Positions 10,964 to 21,958 are shown, counted from the first letter of the stretch. The stretch is DNA of 64,000 nucleotides from an uncultured Chloroflexia bacterium (GCA_963810535.1 CAWENW010000009.1:16363-80362); one strand, 5' to 3'. Made by a program: numbers and translations. The notes: generated from the letters alone by a model not told the origin.

Positions 10964-11452
10964 ATGGGTCTCTTTGATTCTATCAAGCAGGCGCTCAAAG
11001 GAGCGGCCGGCGATGCGGTACAGTCGGCAGAGCAGTCAGTACAGGAGACCGTCACCAATTCGGCACAGGGAGCGGTCGGCAATGTGCTGGGCCATCTCGG
11101 CAACGTTCCGGGAGGGCAGACGGTCAGCGACGCGCTTGCGGCAGGAGCGAACAGCGCTATTGGCGGGGCGGTAAATAGCGCCACCGCGGCGGCAACCGGG
11201 CAGGGCGCAGGCAGCCCATCGCTGGGCGAGACGGTGCACAATGCCGTACAGGCCACAACCCAGACCGCGACCGGAGACACCGCCGGAGCTATCAGCGGCG
11301 CAGCCGAGAGTGCCGTCGGCGGAGCGCTTGGCAACGTGGAGGGATCTGCCGCGGGTCAGGTCGTAGGTGGCGCCGCGCAGGCCGGTGCCGACTCCGCTAT
11401 TGGGAACGTCGCCGGGCAGGCGGCCGATGCCGCCGACCGGCGTCTTCCGTAA
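10964..11452 (+). CDS. Gly/Ala-rich hypothetical protein
   Basis: GGGAGG about 8 nt upstream of the ATG. 162-aa low-complexity product (repeated GxAxxSAxGG). Confidence 0.45.
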   Translation: MGLFDSIKQALKGAAGDAVQSAEQSVQETVTNSAQGAVGNVLGHLGNVPGGQTVSDALAAGANSAIGGAVNSATAAATGQGAGSPSLGETVHNAVQATTQTATGDTAGAISGAAESAVGGALGNVEGSAAGQVVGGAAQAGADSAIGNVAGQAADAADRRLP

Positions 11453-11549
11453 CCGGGGAACGGGCGCACTATGCCGGCTCGCGCTGGGCTTTCGTTACCC
11501 CCCCGGCGCTTGACGCGGCCGCCCTATGTATGGTATCGTGGGATGACAT

Positions 11550-11625
<76 letters not shown>

Positions 11626-11705
11626 GTGCGAAGCGACTTTGACGTGTACACATACATGTACACACCAAAGTCGCTTTTTCGCGTCTAAGAGTCTATTTGG
11701 AGAGA

Positions 11706-12254
<549 letters not shown>

Positions 12255-12405
12255 GGGCGCATTTCTCCGTTTCTAGCTTTGTAGCTGGTAGAGGCCGCAC
12301 CGGATGCGGCACTCGGTGTAACACCTTGGCAGCATATCCTGCTACTGCGCCGCACACATCCGACATAGGGCGAGTCTCAGAGGTTAGGCGAATGTAGGAG
12401 TTAGG

Positions 12406-12458
12406 GAGGGGGGATCCCATAGGAGAGGGAGTCCCTCTCCTATGGGATCCCCCCTCCT
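12406..12458 (-). terminator. 53-nt near-perfect palindrome downstream of deoB (hairpin, no U-tract)
   Basis: GGAGGGGGGATCCCATAGGAGAGGGA-g-TCCCTCTCCTATGGGATCCCCCCTCC, about 25 bp of stem. Lies 20 nt beyond the deoB stop on the minus strand. No T-run follows. Confidence 0.5.
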
Positions 12459-12477
12459 TCAGCGCGGGACCGGCGTC

Positions 12478-13662
12478 CTAGCCTAACCCGATCTCGGCGG
12501 CAAAACTGGTGCCCGACTCAAGCTTCGCTACCCCAAACGCCTCCGCCAGGGTGGCTCCCAGATCGGCGAACGACTGGCGGGCGCCCAGATTTACATTCGA
12601 GCGAGAAATCGCCGGCCCCACTCCCAGGAGAGGCACCGCCTCTCGCGTATGGTCGGTGCCTCGGAAGGTGGGATCGGTCCCATGATCGCCGGTAATAAAT
12701 AGCGCGTCACCAGGGCCCAGCCCGGAGATCAGCTTCGGCAGCCAGGCATCGACAACCTCGAGCGCGGCGGCATACCCGTGTGGATCCCGGCGGTGGCCAT
12801 AGAGCTGGTCGCAATCGACCAGGTTGACAAAAAGCAGGCCGCTGAACTTCTTGGCCACCTCGGCTTCGGCCGCCTCCATCCCTGCCTGGTTGGTTCCGGT
12901 ATGGTTGGATCTGGTCAGACCTCGTTCGGCAAAAAGGTCTTCGATCTTACCAATGCCGGAGACCGTGTAGCCAGCTTCCTTGAGGCGATCCAACAGGGTC
13001 GGCGCCGGCGGATCCAGCGAGAAATCCCGCCGGTGGGGGGTTCGGATAAAGCTGCCCGGCCGGCCGATGAATGGCCGGGCAATGACTCGACCGACGGCAT
13101 TGTCTCCGGTGAGGAGTCCGCGAGCGATCTCGCACATCCGGTATAGCTCCGGCAGCGGTATCACCTCCTCGTGCGCCGCCAGCTGGAAGACGCTATCGGC
13201 GGAGGTGTAGAGAATCGGCATGCCGGTTCGCAGGTGCTCTTGGCCCAGCTCCTCGATGATGACGGTGCCCGAGGCCGCCTTGTTGCCAAGGGTGCCCCGG
13301 CCGATAGCTCTCTCGAACTCCGCTACCAGCGGGGCGGGAAAGCCGTTTGGATAGGTCGGCAATGGCCGTTTCAACGTCACTCCCATCAGCTCCCAGTGAC
13401 CGGTCGTGCTGTCCTTACCGGCAGAGGCCTCCTCGAGCCTCCCATAGACGCCTAAAGCGGTCCCTACAGGTGGGGTGCCCTCTATGGGCGTGACATTCCC
13501 AAGACCCATAGCCTCAAAAGTAGGCAGATGCAAGCCGCCGACCGCATGCGCGCAGTTGGTGAGGCAGTTAGCCGACGAATCGCCGTAGGCGCCGGCATCC
13601 GGCGCCTGCCCAACCCCCACACCGTCAAGTACGATCACGATTGCCCGTTCCAGCTGCGCCAT
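12478..13662 (-). CDS. deoB: phosphopentomutase
   Basis: VIVLDGVGVG, DSTTGHWELMG, NLVDCDQLYGHRRD and ITGDHGTDPT..DHTRE are the metal- and phosphate-binding motifs of DeoB. Confidence 0.9.
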   Translation of the reverse strand: MAQLERAIVIVLDGVGVGQAPDAGAYGDSSANCLTNCAHAVGGLHLPTFEAMGLGNVTPIEGTPPVGTALGVYGRLEEASAGKDSTTGHWELMGVTLKRPLPTYPNGFPAPLVAEFERAIGRGTLGNKAASGTVIIEELGQEHLRTGMPILYTSADSVFQLAAHEEVIPLPELYRMCEIARGLLTGDNAVGRVIARPFIGRPGSFIRTPHRRDFSLDPPAPTLLDRLKEAGYTVSGIGKIEDLFAERGLTRSNHTGTNQAGMEAAEAEVAKKFSGLLFVNLVDCDQLYGHRRDPHGYAAALEVVDAWLPKLISGLGPGDALFITGDHGTDPTFRGTDHTREAVPLLGVGPAISRSNVNLGARQSFADLGATLAEAFGVAKLESGTSFAAEIGLG

Positions 13663-13692
13663 CGTTCTATGCTCCTCTCGCTACTGGTGCGC

Positions 13693-14889
13693 TCACCAGG
13701 TCACCACCGGTCCCCGTAGTCGGACCGGCCGCGGCAAAGGATCGCCCAGCAGAGGTAACGCATAGTCGCGAAAGGCCCGCGTTATGCCCCTGCCACCGCT
13801 GGAAACAAAGGACGGTGGAAGCGGCCGGTGCTGGTTGGCGATGAGCGCTAACGCGGCGAGACCGGTAGTCGCCCCCTGCCCATCTCGGTCGCGCCCAAGC
13901 GTGATCATCTTGTCCGTTTCTCCGGCAAGCGCCGCATCTACCGCCACGCGTCCAACCATCTCGGCTTCCTCCCGGTCGGTGCGGGAGACACACGCCGACG
14001 ACATACGTTGCAAATCTCCTGGCTTGTCGTAGCGGGCGCGCAGGCCCAGGCGGCTGCGTACCAGGCTCACCAGATACGGAGCGGCTCCTCCAAGCAGCCG
14101 GTGCCCAAATGCGTCTTCACCCTGTTGCTGCAGAGCGCCGAGCGGCGCCCCAGCTAAGTCTCGCACGGTTTCGGCCACCACCACGACAACCTGGCCGAGA
14201 CTTCGGTACACCCCCTCCACATCCGAGAGGAACGCATCCGGGTCCAGAGGATACTCCGGCAGATAAATCAGGTGTGGAGGGTCCTCCTCGGTTTCTTTTC
14301 CGAGCGCCGCCGCGGCGGCCAGCCAGCCGGCGTCACGCCCCATGACTTCGATGATCTTCACTGGGTAATGGGTTGGTATGGCCTCGGTGCAGAGCGCCGA
14401 ATCCTGAACCGCCAGCGCAAGGAAGCGGGCGGCGCTGCCATAGCCGGGACAGTGATCGGTCTCGGGCAGGTCGTTGTCGATGGTCTTGGGCACGCAGATG
14501 ATACGTAGATCGATTCCCGCAGCCGCGGCGGCCAGTGCCATCTGGTGGGCGGTGTCGGCCGAGTCGTTTCCACCGATATAGAGGAAGTATCCGGCGCCCA
14601 GCGAGGCCAGGTTAGCTACCGCCTGCTCCGCCTCACCCTCCTGTAATCGGTAGCGACAGGAGCCCAGCGCCGCCGAGGGAGTACGCAGCAATGCCGCGAG
14701 CGAAGCGCTGTCCAGCTGCCCCAGGTCCAGCGCCTGCTTCTCCAGCACGCCGCGTATGCCGTACCGCGCGCCGAAGATGCCATCCACTTTCCCGGGTTGC
14801 GCAAGTGCCCCGCGAATTGCCCCTACCAGGCTGGCGTTGATGACCGCCGTGGCCCCTCCCGATTGTCCTATCACCAGACGCGTTCCCAC
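13693..14889 (-). CDS. 6-phosphofructokinase family protein (ATP vs PPi specificity undetermined)
   Basis: GQSGGATAVINASL, YIGGNDSADTA, PKTIDNDL, MGRDAGWLAAA. Confidence 0.85.
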   Translation of the reverse strand: MGTRLVIGQSGGATAVINASLVGAIRGALAQPGKVDGIFGARYGIRGVLEKQALDLGQLDSASLAALLRTPSAALGSCRYRLQEGEAEQAVANLASLGAGYFLYIGGNDSADTAHQMALAAAAAGIDLRIICVPKTIDNDLPETDHCPGYGSAARFLALAVQDSALCTEAIPTHYPVKIIEVMGRDAGWLAAAAALGKETEEDPPHLIYLPEYPLDPDAFLSDVEGVYRSLGQVVVVVAETVRDLAGAPLGALQQQGEDAFGHRLLGGAAPYLVSLVRSRLGLRARYDKPGDLQRMSSACVSRTDREEAEMVGRVAVDAALAGETDKMITLGRDRDGQGATTGLAALALIANQHRPLPPSFVSSGGRGITRAFRDYALPLLGDPLPRPVRLRGPVVTW

Positions 14890-15177
14890 ATCACTTCTCC
14901 GCTGCTCTTACGCTCACCTCGAGGGTCCACTTCGACCTGCCATCGCACCGATATGTCCGAGATTCCCGTGCAAACGTTCCCAACATAAGCACCTGGGACC
15001 TACGCAATCACGAGGGCAGTACAGACGCAGTATAACCCAGCCAGACCTTCCTGGTCACAGACGAGCTAGGTCCAATGGTCCTCCTTGCTAGCGGCGTGGA
15101 GAGCCGATATCATTAGTTTGATTTGTCTCCCTACATCTATCATATCTAGAATCAGAACGTCACAAAGGTGGGTTACG

Positions 15178-15675
15178 ATGAAACCTCCTCAGCAGATAAA
15201 CCACGCTCGCCATCATATCTGGCAGCCATCTGATCTAGGTGACAAGGCCGCAGACATAATCACGGGTTTCGTGGGGTCGTGGGTATTTGTCGGCATTCAC
15301 GCCTTCTGGTTCATTCTTTGGATTATTCTACGGATCGAGCCTTTTCCATTTGGGCTCCTCACCTTACTGGTGAGCCTCGAGGCCATCTTCTTGAGCACAT
15401 TCGTGATGATGAGCCAAAATCGGTCAGCAGCGAGAGACCACATACGTGACGATCATGAGGCTCAAGAAGTGGACGTGCTCTTCCAGATCAATCAGACGCA
15501 GTTGGAGATCCTGCATCTGCTGCGCCAGCAAATATGCCCACCGGACGCGGTGAAGCCAACGGAGAAGATTACCGCTGCCAAAGCCGCAGAAACTCAAGAG
15601 GTACTGCGAGCAGCTGAGGCCCGAGCTGTATCGGCAGCGGCTCGGTCCAAGCAGTTGCCAAGACGACGGCGCTAA
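15178..15675 (+). CDS. DUF1003-domain membrane protein
   Basis: DKAADIITGFVGSWVFVGIHAFWFILWI...PFGLLTLLVSLEAIFLSTFVMMSQNR matches the DUF1003 core as I recall it. ATG at 15178 chosen over the listed upstream start. Confidence 0.7.
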   Translation: MKPPQQINHARHHIWQPSDLGDKAADIITGFVGSWVFVGIHAFWFILWIILRIEPFPFGLLTLLVSLEAIFLSTFVMMSQNRSAARDHIRDDHEAQEVDVLFQINQTQLEILHLLRQQICPPDAVKPTEKITAAKAAETQEVLRAAEARAVSAAARSKQLPRRRR

Positions 15676-15833
15676 AGACACAGTTCCGGCTGAGGGCAGG
15701 CGAGATGCAAAACAGGATAAGTCACTTTGCGCTCTTACTCCATCCACTGAATTTCTCTCTGCACATGTAGATACTAGTCCACCATATATGTTGCGGACTA
15801 TCAGGATTTGAGGGATACTGCTAGGCAGATTCG

Positions 15834-16496
15834 TTGAGGAATTTGTGTAGGAGTTCTGCCTTGGCAGCTCGTCCACCAATCGTGGTATACCCGAACAAAA
15901 CCAAGCTTGCTGCACTATGTGCAGGTCAGGTGCTGTTCGCTCTAGGATGCCTTGCTGTTTGCGTGTGGATAGTAATTAGCCCACCATCGTATACAGCCGA
16001 TGCGGCAGGAGCGGAGACAACGAACGTAGTGATGATTTTTTGCACGACCATTCTCGTACCAATTCTGGCCTATCTCGCTGCTGGTGAGTGTTACCAGCTT
16101 CTTCGGCACCAACCAGCAGTGACGGTGACAGAGGAAGGTCTGATTGATAACTGCTCACTTCTTTTCTGTGGCGTCGGACTGATCCGTTGGCAGGAGATGT
16201 ACGCAGTGCTGGTAGTTCCGTATAAGACACCTGGACTGATCCAGATGACGCAGTGGTACTTGACCATCGTCCTCCGAGACGACAACGAATTTTTCCGGCA
16301 ACGCAGCGCAGCCCTGCGAAGGCTGCGCTGGATTGTCACAGCGCTATCATTCTCGCATGCTATCCGCCTCAATCTATGTCTCAGCTATAGGATGGAAGAG
16401 TATGTCTGGGGCTCACTGCGCACCGAATACGAAACGCAGTGCCGCAAGAACCACGCACTTCGGCAGTTACCTGAAATTGCATTTGGTGTCCGGTAG
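15834..16496 (+). CDS. hypothetical membrane protein
   Basis: 220-aa ORF with two N-terminal TM helices in a stretch with visibly lower G+C. Start codon uncertain. Confidence 0.45.
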   Translation: MRNLCRSSALAARPPIVVYPNKTKLAALCAGQVLFALGCLAVCVWIVISPPSYTADAAGAETTNVVMIFCTTILVPILAYLAAGECYQLLRHQPAVTVTEEGLIDNCSLLFCGVGLIRWQEMYAVLVVPYKTPGLIQMTQWYLTIVLRDDNEFFRQRSAALRRLRWIVTALSFSHAIRLNLCLSYRMEEYVWGSLRTEYETQCRKNHALRQLPEIAFGVR

Positions 16497-16741
16497 TTGC
16501 TGAAATCGGAGTCTGGCATCTATAGAGCAAGATGGGCTGCTCACCTCCGAATGGCAATTCCCCAAACTGCCCATGATCCGCCACCATTGCCGATCACGTA
16601 CTTCCCACGCCATCATCGGCAGCGCTGAATTCCTGTTCAAGGAGGCGAAGAAACATCAGCGGACCGCTGGCTATTGCGCCCGGCTGCATTGCGCATGTAC
16701 ACTTTTCTTACGTGTTGCTCTGCCTGTCAGGGAGGTAGTCA

Positions 16742-18328
16742 ATGGCCGAAGCTGCTGGGATCTTTGTCGGCCATGCGCACGAGGATAACACCTGGTGCCG
16801 CACTTTTGTCGACACCCTAAGGAGTGCAGGGGCGTCCGTCTGGTACGACGAGAACACCATGGGTTATGGAGGACCAGAGGAAGAAATAGAACCGGAATTG
16901 CGGCTACGGCCCATCTTTGTGCTAATTCTCTCTCCTCACTCGGTGGAGAAGTCGTGGGTACACCGCCTGATAGATGCGGCCACTCGGTTACGTGACCAGC
17001 AACCCGAGAGTGTCATCTCGTTAGTGGTAGCCGAGCAAGCAGATATCTCGCAGGACTGGAATGAGTTCCCGCGGGTGAGTGGGGCTGGGGATAGCGGGCT
17101 CAGCGCAACTGACGCGGCGAGACAGGTCGTTCGCCTGCTCGGGATTCTACCGGCCCAAGCGCCTGCGGCTGCCACACCACTGGCTGGGACTGAGACGGCA
17201 AAACAAGCCATGATCCGTGGGAATGGGTTGGCGGCGCAAAAACGCTATGAGGAGGCGCTTTCAGCCTACCAGCAGGCGCTAGTCCTGGATTCACGAGACG
17301 TCACTCTCTGGACTGCTACTGGCGCTTCGTTCCATGACCTTGCCCGTTACGAGGACGCCTTAGGCGCGTTTGACCAGGCACTGGCTCTAGAACTCACATC
17401 CGCTCGATCCTGGAACAACAAAGGCGCTGCACTGGTAGGATTGAAACGGTTTGAGGAGGCACAGGTAGCTTTAGATCAGGCACTGACTCTTGACTCTCAC
17501 TTTGTCCAGGCTTGGATCAATACCGGCACAGTGCTCTCCAAATTGCAGCGTACTGTGGAGGCGCTCGAAGCCTACGAACGGGCACTGACGATTGACCTAA
17601 AGGCTCCCGGCGGCTGGACTGGCAAAGGCACTATACTCTTACGCTTGGGCCGCTACGAGGACGCTTTGGGGGCATATGTGCAAGCTCTGACCCTTGATCC
17701 CAAGCTTGCTTCTGCCTGGAACGGCACGGGCTGGGCACTCTACAGACTGCGCCGTTACCGGGAGGCGCTGACATCCTTCGAGCGAGCCCTGGCATTGAAC
17801 GCGACAATTGCTCAGTACTGGACAGGCCTGGGCTACACGCTCCAGAGCCAGCGTCGCTATGAGGAAGCTCTCACAGCCTATGAGCAGGCAGTAGCTGTAG
17901 ATCCTCAATTGGCCTCAGCCTGGAGTGATGCAGGTATTGCGCTGAGACTTCTGCGCCGGTACAAGGAGGCGCTGGCCGCCCATGAGAAGGCCCTCTCTAT
18001 AGATCCTCAGTATGCTCCCGCCTGGCACAACAAGGGCCGTGTGCTCTATGACCTTGACCGCAATACGGAAGCCCTTAGGGCTTTTGAGCAAGCCTTGGTC
18101 TTGAATCCAAAATCTGCCATCTATTGGAGCAACCTCGGCGCCACGTTCTCCAGACTCAAACGCTGTGAGGAAGCTCTGTCAACCTTTGAGCAGGCTTTAG
18201 CCCTGGACCCGACGAATACCAGCACGTGGAGACATAAGGTGGCCGTGCTCAAAAAGCTGGGGCGCAGAGACCAGGCGAACGAAGCCGAACGCCAGCGGGA
18301 CGAGGCGCTGCGTCCCTCTGGCAGTTGA
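16742..18328 (+). CDS. TIR-like domain protein fused to about 10 TPR repeats
   Basis: N-terminus IFVGHAHEDNTWCRTFVDTLRSAGASVWYDE...IFVLILSPHSVEKSW fits the bacterial TIR pattern (FxSxxxxD...vwxD...vvlS..s..S.W). It is followed by regular 34-aa repeats (W.N.G.AL..L.RYEEAL.A..QAL.LDP). Confidence 0.7.
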   Translation: MAEAAGIFVGHAHEDNTWCRTFVDTLRSAGASVWYDENTMGYGGPEEEIEPELRLRPIFVLILSPHSVEKSWVHRLIDAATRLRDQQPESVISLVVAEQADISQDWNEFPRVSGAGDSGLSATDAARQVVRLLGILPAQAPAAATPLAGTETAKQAMIRGNGLAAQKRYEEALSAYQQALVLDSRDVTLWTATGASFHDLARYEDALGAFDQALALELTSARSWNNKGAALVGLKRFEEAQVALDQALTLDSHFVQAWINTGTVLSKLQRTVEALEAYERALTIDLKAPGGWTGKGTILLRLGRYEDALGAYVQALTLDPKLASAWNGTGWALYRLRRYREALTSFERALALNATIAQYWTGLGYTLQSQRRYEEALTAYEQAVAVDPQLASAWSDAGIALRLLRRYKEALAAHEKALSIDPQYAPAWHNKGRVLYDLDRNTEALRAFEQALVLNPKSAIYWSNLGATFSRLKRCEEALSTFEQALALDPTNTSTWRHKVAVLKKLGRRDQANEAERQRDEALRPSGS

Positions 18329-18768
18329 CTTTTGGAATGAGGTTGCCAAGAATATCGATGGATGGGCTGCGGTGGCTACCAGTAAAATGAGGCCATCGGA
18401 GCTTCGTGCCGAGACCGTCTCAACTAGTTCTGTGGTTCTTTGGGCGCTTGCCACAGCAGGTCATAAGGTAATGGAGAGTTATCGTCAGGACTAGCAATAG
18501 CATTTGCGACGACTGATACCGCGTCGCACCATACTATTGTAGTTTGTTGCTGCCGCCAGGTCGTGGAGTCCCTCACGCCGGTGAAGGGGCGTTCGCCGAC
18601 GGATTGACGCGACCATGTCGTATCATTGGGAAGAAGCAACCACACCATCCGCTTGGACCAGGGGCGCTCATACATTCCGCAGCGTTCTGCTGGTGCGAGC
18701 GCGCCTTCCTGCGACGGCGGAGATACGCGAGCAGCTCAAAGTGATGTGATCATGAAGGGAAAGGCGCA

Positions 18769-19479
18769 ATGCGACTCAGGCTGAGTCGAGTGCCCTGCCA
18801 ATCAACGGGGACCTGCCGCCGAGTGCTCCTCCTGAGCGTGATCTGGCCACTCTTGCTGCTTGCCGGGTGCGGGGCATCGGTGGCGGGGAGTACCGCAGTG
18901 CCTAGCCCCACTGGCACCGCGGCGAGCCACCGCCTGTCGTCGCTGACATGCTCCACCGTCCGCACAGCGATACCGACTCCCATTGTCCCGCCGCCCACAG
19001 TTCCTCCGAGTGCCCATCTTTGGTATGAGCACCTGGCCCTCGGTCCCGTGCCACTACAGCTCGTTTACCACCCCGGTGTCACCCTGCGCGTGCTCTGGTG
19101 TGCGCTGCCCGAGCCCTCTAATGCCAGCACACAGCCCGTCCTTGAGACGCTGACCGCCGGCTTCATCGGTCCCTTCGCCACGCGCGCTGCCGCCCAGGCT
19201 GACGAGCTTCCAGCCTCACCGTCGAGCGGGCCGCCGCACGACTTTCCGCCTCCCGGTCCCGTCGTCGCCAGCACGATCCCCATCCACACCACCACCTGGA
19301 GCAGCACGGACGAATCCGTACCACTCACCGTGCCCGCAACACTGGCTCCTGGCTACTACGTTTTCTTCGCGCAAGATGCCATCTCGGCGCAAGCCTTGCA
19401 AGCCTGTTTTGCCGTCACTGTGGGCGGGTGCCCTGTCAACGGCGGCGTGAGCAACATTGTGCAGATCACCCGAGCTTAA
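18769..19479 (+). CDS. hypothetical lipoprotein
   Basis: Signal peptide with lipobox LLLAGCGAS; Pro-rich mature part. Confidence 0.55.
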   Translation: MRLRLSRVPCQSTGTCRRVLLLSVIWPLLLLAGCGASVAGSTAVPSPTGTAASHRLSSLTCSTVRTAIPTPIVPPPTVPPSAHLWYEHLALGPVPLQLVYHPGVTLRVLWCALPEPSNASTQPVLETLTAGFIGPFATRAAAQADELPASPSSGPPHDFPPPGPVVASTIPIHTTTWSSTDESVPLTVPATLAPGYYVFFAQDAISAQALQACFAVTVGGCPVNGGVSNIVQITRA

Positions 19480-19543
19480 CGTGCGCACCTCTCCAGCAGG
19501 TACGCTCCTCGACGGTGAGGCATTGTCGCGTCGCACCGGTGTA

Positions 19544-20640
19544 CTACGCATTTCGCCCGGGACCTTGGCGTTTCTTGATTCGCTGCGGCCACCAATGGAA
19601 ATGCGTTGTGGAGCGGATGAGGTCGGGGTGGGCTTGCAGCGCCACGCAGCACTCGGCGTGGGCGTCCTCCAGGTCGCGGGTGGTGGCGACGTGCCGGTTG
19701 ACCAACACCGTGTTCGTCAGTGGCCACAGATGCTCGGCTGGCTGCAGCTCGGGCGAATAGAGTGGCAAGAACCGCATGTGGACATGCTCGGGCACCCGTA
19801 CCTTGGGACTGTCATGCCAGCCCGCACAGCCCTGCACCAGCACGATCTGTTTGGTTGGACCCGCTCCGACCGTCTGTGCCAAGGCTTCCAACTCGACCGA
19901 GAAGAGCTCGATAGTGACCGTCGTCGCCAGATGCCATACCGTGCGCGAAGCCGGCAGGATGCACGAAACCGACGAGGTAGCGCCAGACGAAGCAGTGCAG
20001 GGCGGTGAACAACGGGACGTTGGTCGCCAAGCGTCCGGATGTTGTGCACCAGCGGCTTGAGTCCGATGCGGTGCTCATCGATGGCCCAGAGTTCTACCTT
20101 GCTGTGAGGAAAGGCAGTTGCTACCTGCCGCAGTAAAGGACGCAGGCGCTCCTTAGAGTCGCGTTGCGCCTCTGGATCAGCCGAGATGTGGCGTGGGCGT
20201 GGCTTGCGCCAGTGTGCACCGATTCGCCGCAGCCAGCGCCAGCCCACCTGGCTGGGGACTCGGCGGCCCAGGCGCTGGCTGATCCAGGCAGCCACGGTGC
20301 GCCCACACCACTGATCACCGCCGGGAGCTGGCCCCGAGACGGCAGCATGCAGTTCTTGCTGATGTTCTGCTGAGAGTGACGGGGTACCTGGTTTGGCGTG
20401 GTGCCTCCGATCTCGAACTCCGTCGGCACCTTCAGTATTGTAGCGGCCGGCGATTTGGCCGATCCAGTAAGCGGAATAGCCCGTCATTACAGCAATCGCT
20501 GTCGCCGTAAAGCCACGGCTGAGCAGCCAGAGAAACTGCCAACGGCTGCGCCGGGTAGGGTCGCAGGCGCTGCGATAGCGCGTTGCCAGTTCGTTTGTGG
20601 TGAAATGCGGTTGGAGGTGAATATGTCGTGCCATCCTCAC
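19544..20640 (-). pseudogene. IS630-family transposase, broken into three reading frames
   Basis: N-terminal HTH part (19717..20640 frame), middle WRYLVGFVHPA (19812..20078 frame) and C-terminal WHDSPKVRVPEHVHMRFLPLYSPELQPAEHLW (19544..19891 frame) are collinear IS630/DDE_3 pieces in frames 0, 2 and 1. The position usually D in vlDnagwH reads Q/G. Confidence 0.7.
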
Positions 20641-20812
20641 GTTTTACAACGGTAGGGTGCGCCAGCGTAGGATACCGCGTCGCATCAGACTGGTGTCGTT
20701 TTCTCCTGGCCAATCTACCGAGCAGCCATGGCCGCAGAGAGCTATTCTCCAACTGTATGCCACAGTGGCAAATGACACGCCTGGTATCAGCCAGCCTCCC
20801 CCGGTCCCACCC

Positions 20813-21958
20813 CTACGACCTACTCACCCCGGTGATCTGGATACCGCCCGTGATCTCTACGCCGGCAGCGACCGTGACGGAAACATCCGTGTACGTTTGC
20901 CAGCGGACCGCGCCATCCTGCTCAGCGAGCGCATAGACGTGGCCGCTGTTCACCCCGAAGTACACCCGGCCTTCGCCCACGACCGGTGCAGAGAGCAGAG
21001 AGCCTCCCGTCTGGCAGGACCACCGCACTGTCCCATCCGCAGCGTTGAGCGCGTACAGGCATCCGTTATCCGCTCCCACGTAGACGACACCGCCCGCGAC
21101 TGCCGGCGCGGTGACGCCGCGAGCGTCGGTGTCGGCTCCCAGCCGCTGGCGCCAAAGCAGCGTGCCGTCGGTAGCGCGCAGCGCCTCGATGTAGACGTCG
21201 AGGCTCGATTCGGGTGGCCGTTGCCCGCCGGGCAGGTGCCGCCGCCACTCACTGTAGCTGACGTAGATGGTGTGGTCCAGCAGACAGGGCACTGAGGGCT
21301 GGAGCCAGCGGGCGTCACGTCGCCAGAGCAGCGTGCCGTCAGCAGCACGTAGCGCCACACACCCCGCGTGCGTGCTGGCGTAGACCACGCCGCCAGAAGC
21401 GACGAGGGGCACTGTACTAGAAGCAGGGAGCTCGGCTTGCCAGCGGACCGTGCCGGTTTCCGCGTCCAGCGCCTGCACGGAGGGGACCTCTGGCGCGTTC
21501 ACCGCGCGCGAGGTGTACAGCACACCGTCCCCACACGTGGGCGCGGAAAAGAGGAGAGGCCCCATCGCACGGCGCCAGAGCAGCCTGCCATCTGATGCCT
21601 GCCAGGTGAACACGTCACCCTCCGCGGTGCAGGTGTAGACGTGGCCCGCCACGACGAGCGGTGCGCCTGACGGACGCCCTCCCGTCGCGTCGCGCCAGAG
21701 CTCGTGGCCGTCACTCACCGCAAGTGCCTGGACCCACCCCTGCATGCCGTGGTTCACATTCACATAGAGCACGTTTCCTGCGATGGTATGGTTGCCGTGT
21801 ACGCTGGGCACCGGATACTCGCGCACCAGCGTACCCGTCCCCGCATCCAGCGCGTAGATCTTGCCCAGCCCGGCGTACACCACACCGTCCACAAGGGTCA
21901 CGGAAGCCGGCAGAACACTGCGCGTGATGTGCATCTTCTTGCTCCTGTTCTGTGTCAT
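20813..21958 (-). CDS. PQQ-like beta-propeller repeat protein
   Basis: Repeated GVVY(V/A)G..DG.LYAL.A.DGT..W units. The listed 519-aa ORF probably over-extends; the ATG at 21958 (MTQNRSKKMHI...) is proposed as the start. Confidence 0.7.
   Translation of the reverse strand: MTQNRSKKMHITRSVLPASVTLVDGVVYAGLGKIYALDAGTGTLVREYPVPSVHGNHTIAGNVLYVNVNHGMQGWVQALAVSDGHELWRDATGGRPSGAPLVVAGHVYTCTAEGDVFTWQASDGRLLWRRAMGPLLFSAPTCGDGVLYTSRAVNAPEVPSVQALDAETGTVRWQAELPASSTVPLVASGGVVYASTHAGCVALRAADGTLLWRRDARWLQPSVPCLLDHTIYVSYSEWRRHLPGGQRPPESSLDVYIEALRATDGTLLWRQRLGADTDARGVTAPAVAGGVVYVGADNGCLYALNAADGTVRWSCQTGGSLLSAPVVGEGRVYFGVNSGHVYALAEQDGAVRWQTYTDVSVTVAAGVEITGGIQITGVSRS

Noticed and set aside
16742-17150. Calling the TIR-like/TPR protein a defence-system effector (Thoeris-like)
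   Set aside because: The catalytic Glu could not be located by eye and no ThsA-like or other partner gene is adjacent. It is reported only as a domain observation.
18424-18675. 83-aa minus-strand ORF in the gap between the TIR-like gene and the lipoprotein gene
   Set aside because: No RBS, no recognisable family, and overlapping alternative ORFs of similar length; left unannotated.
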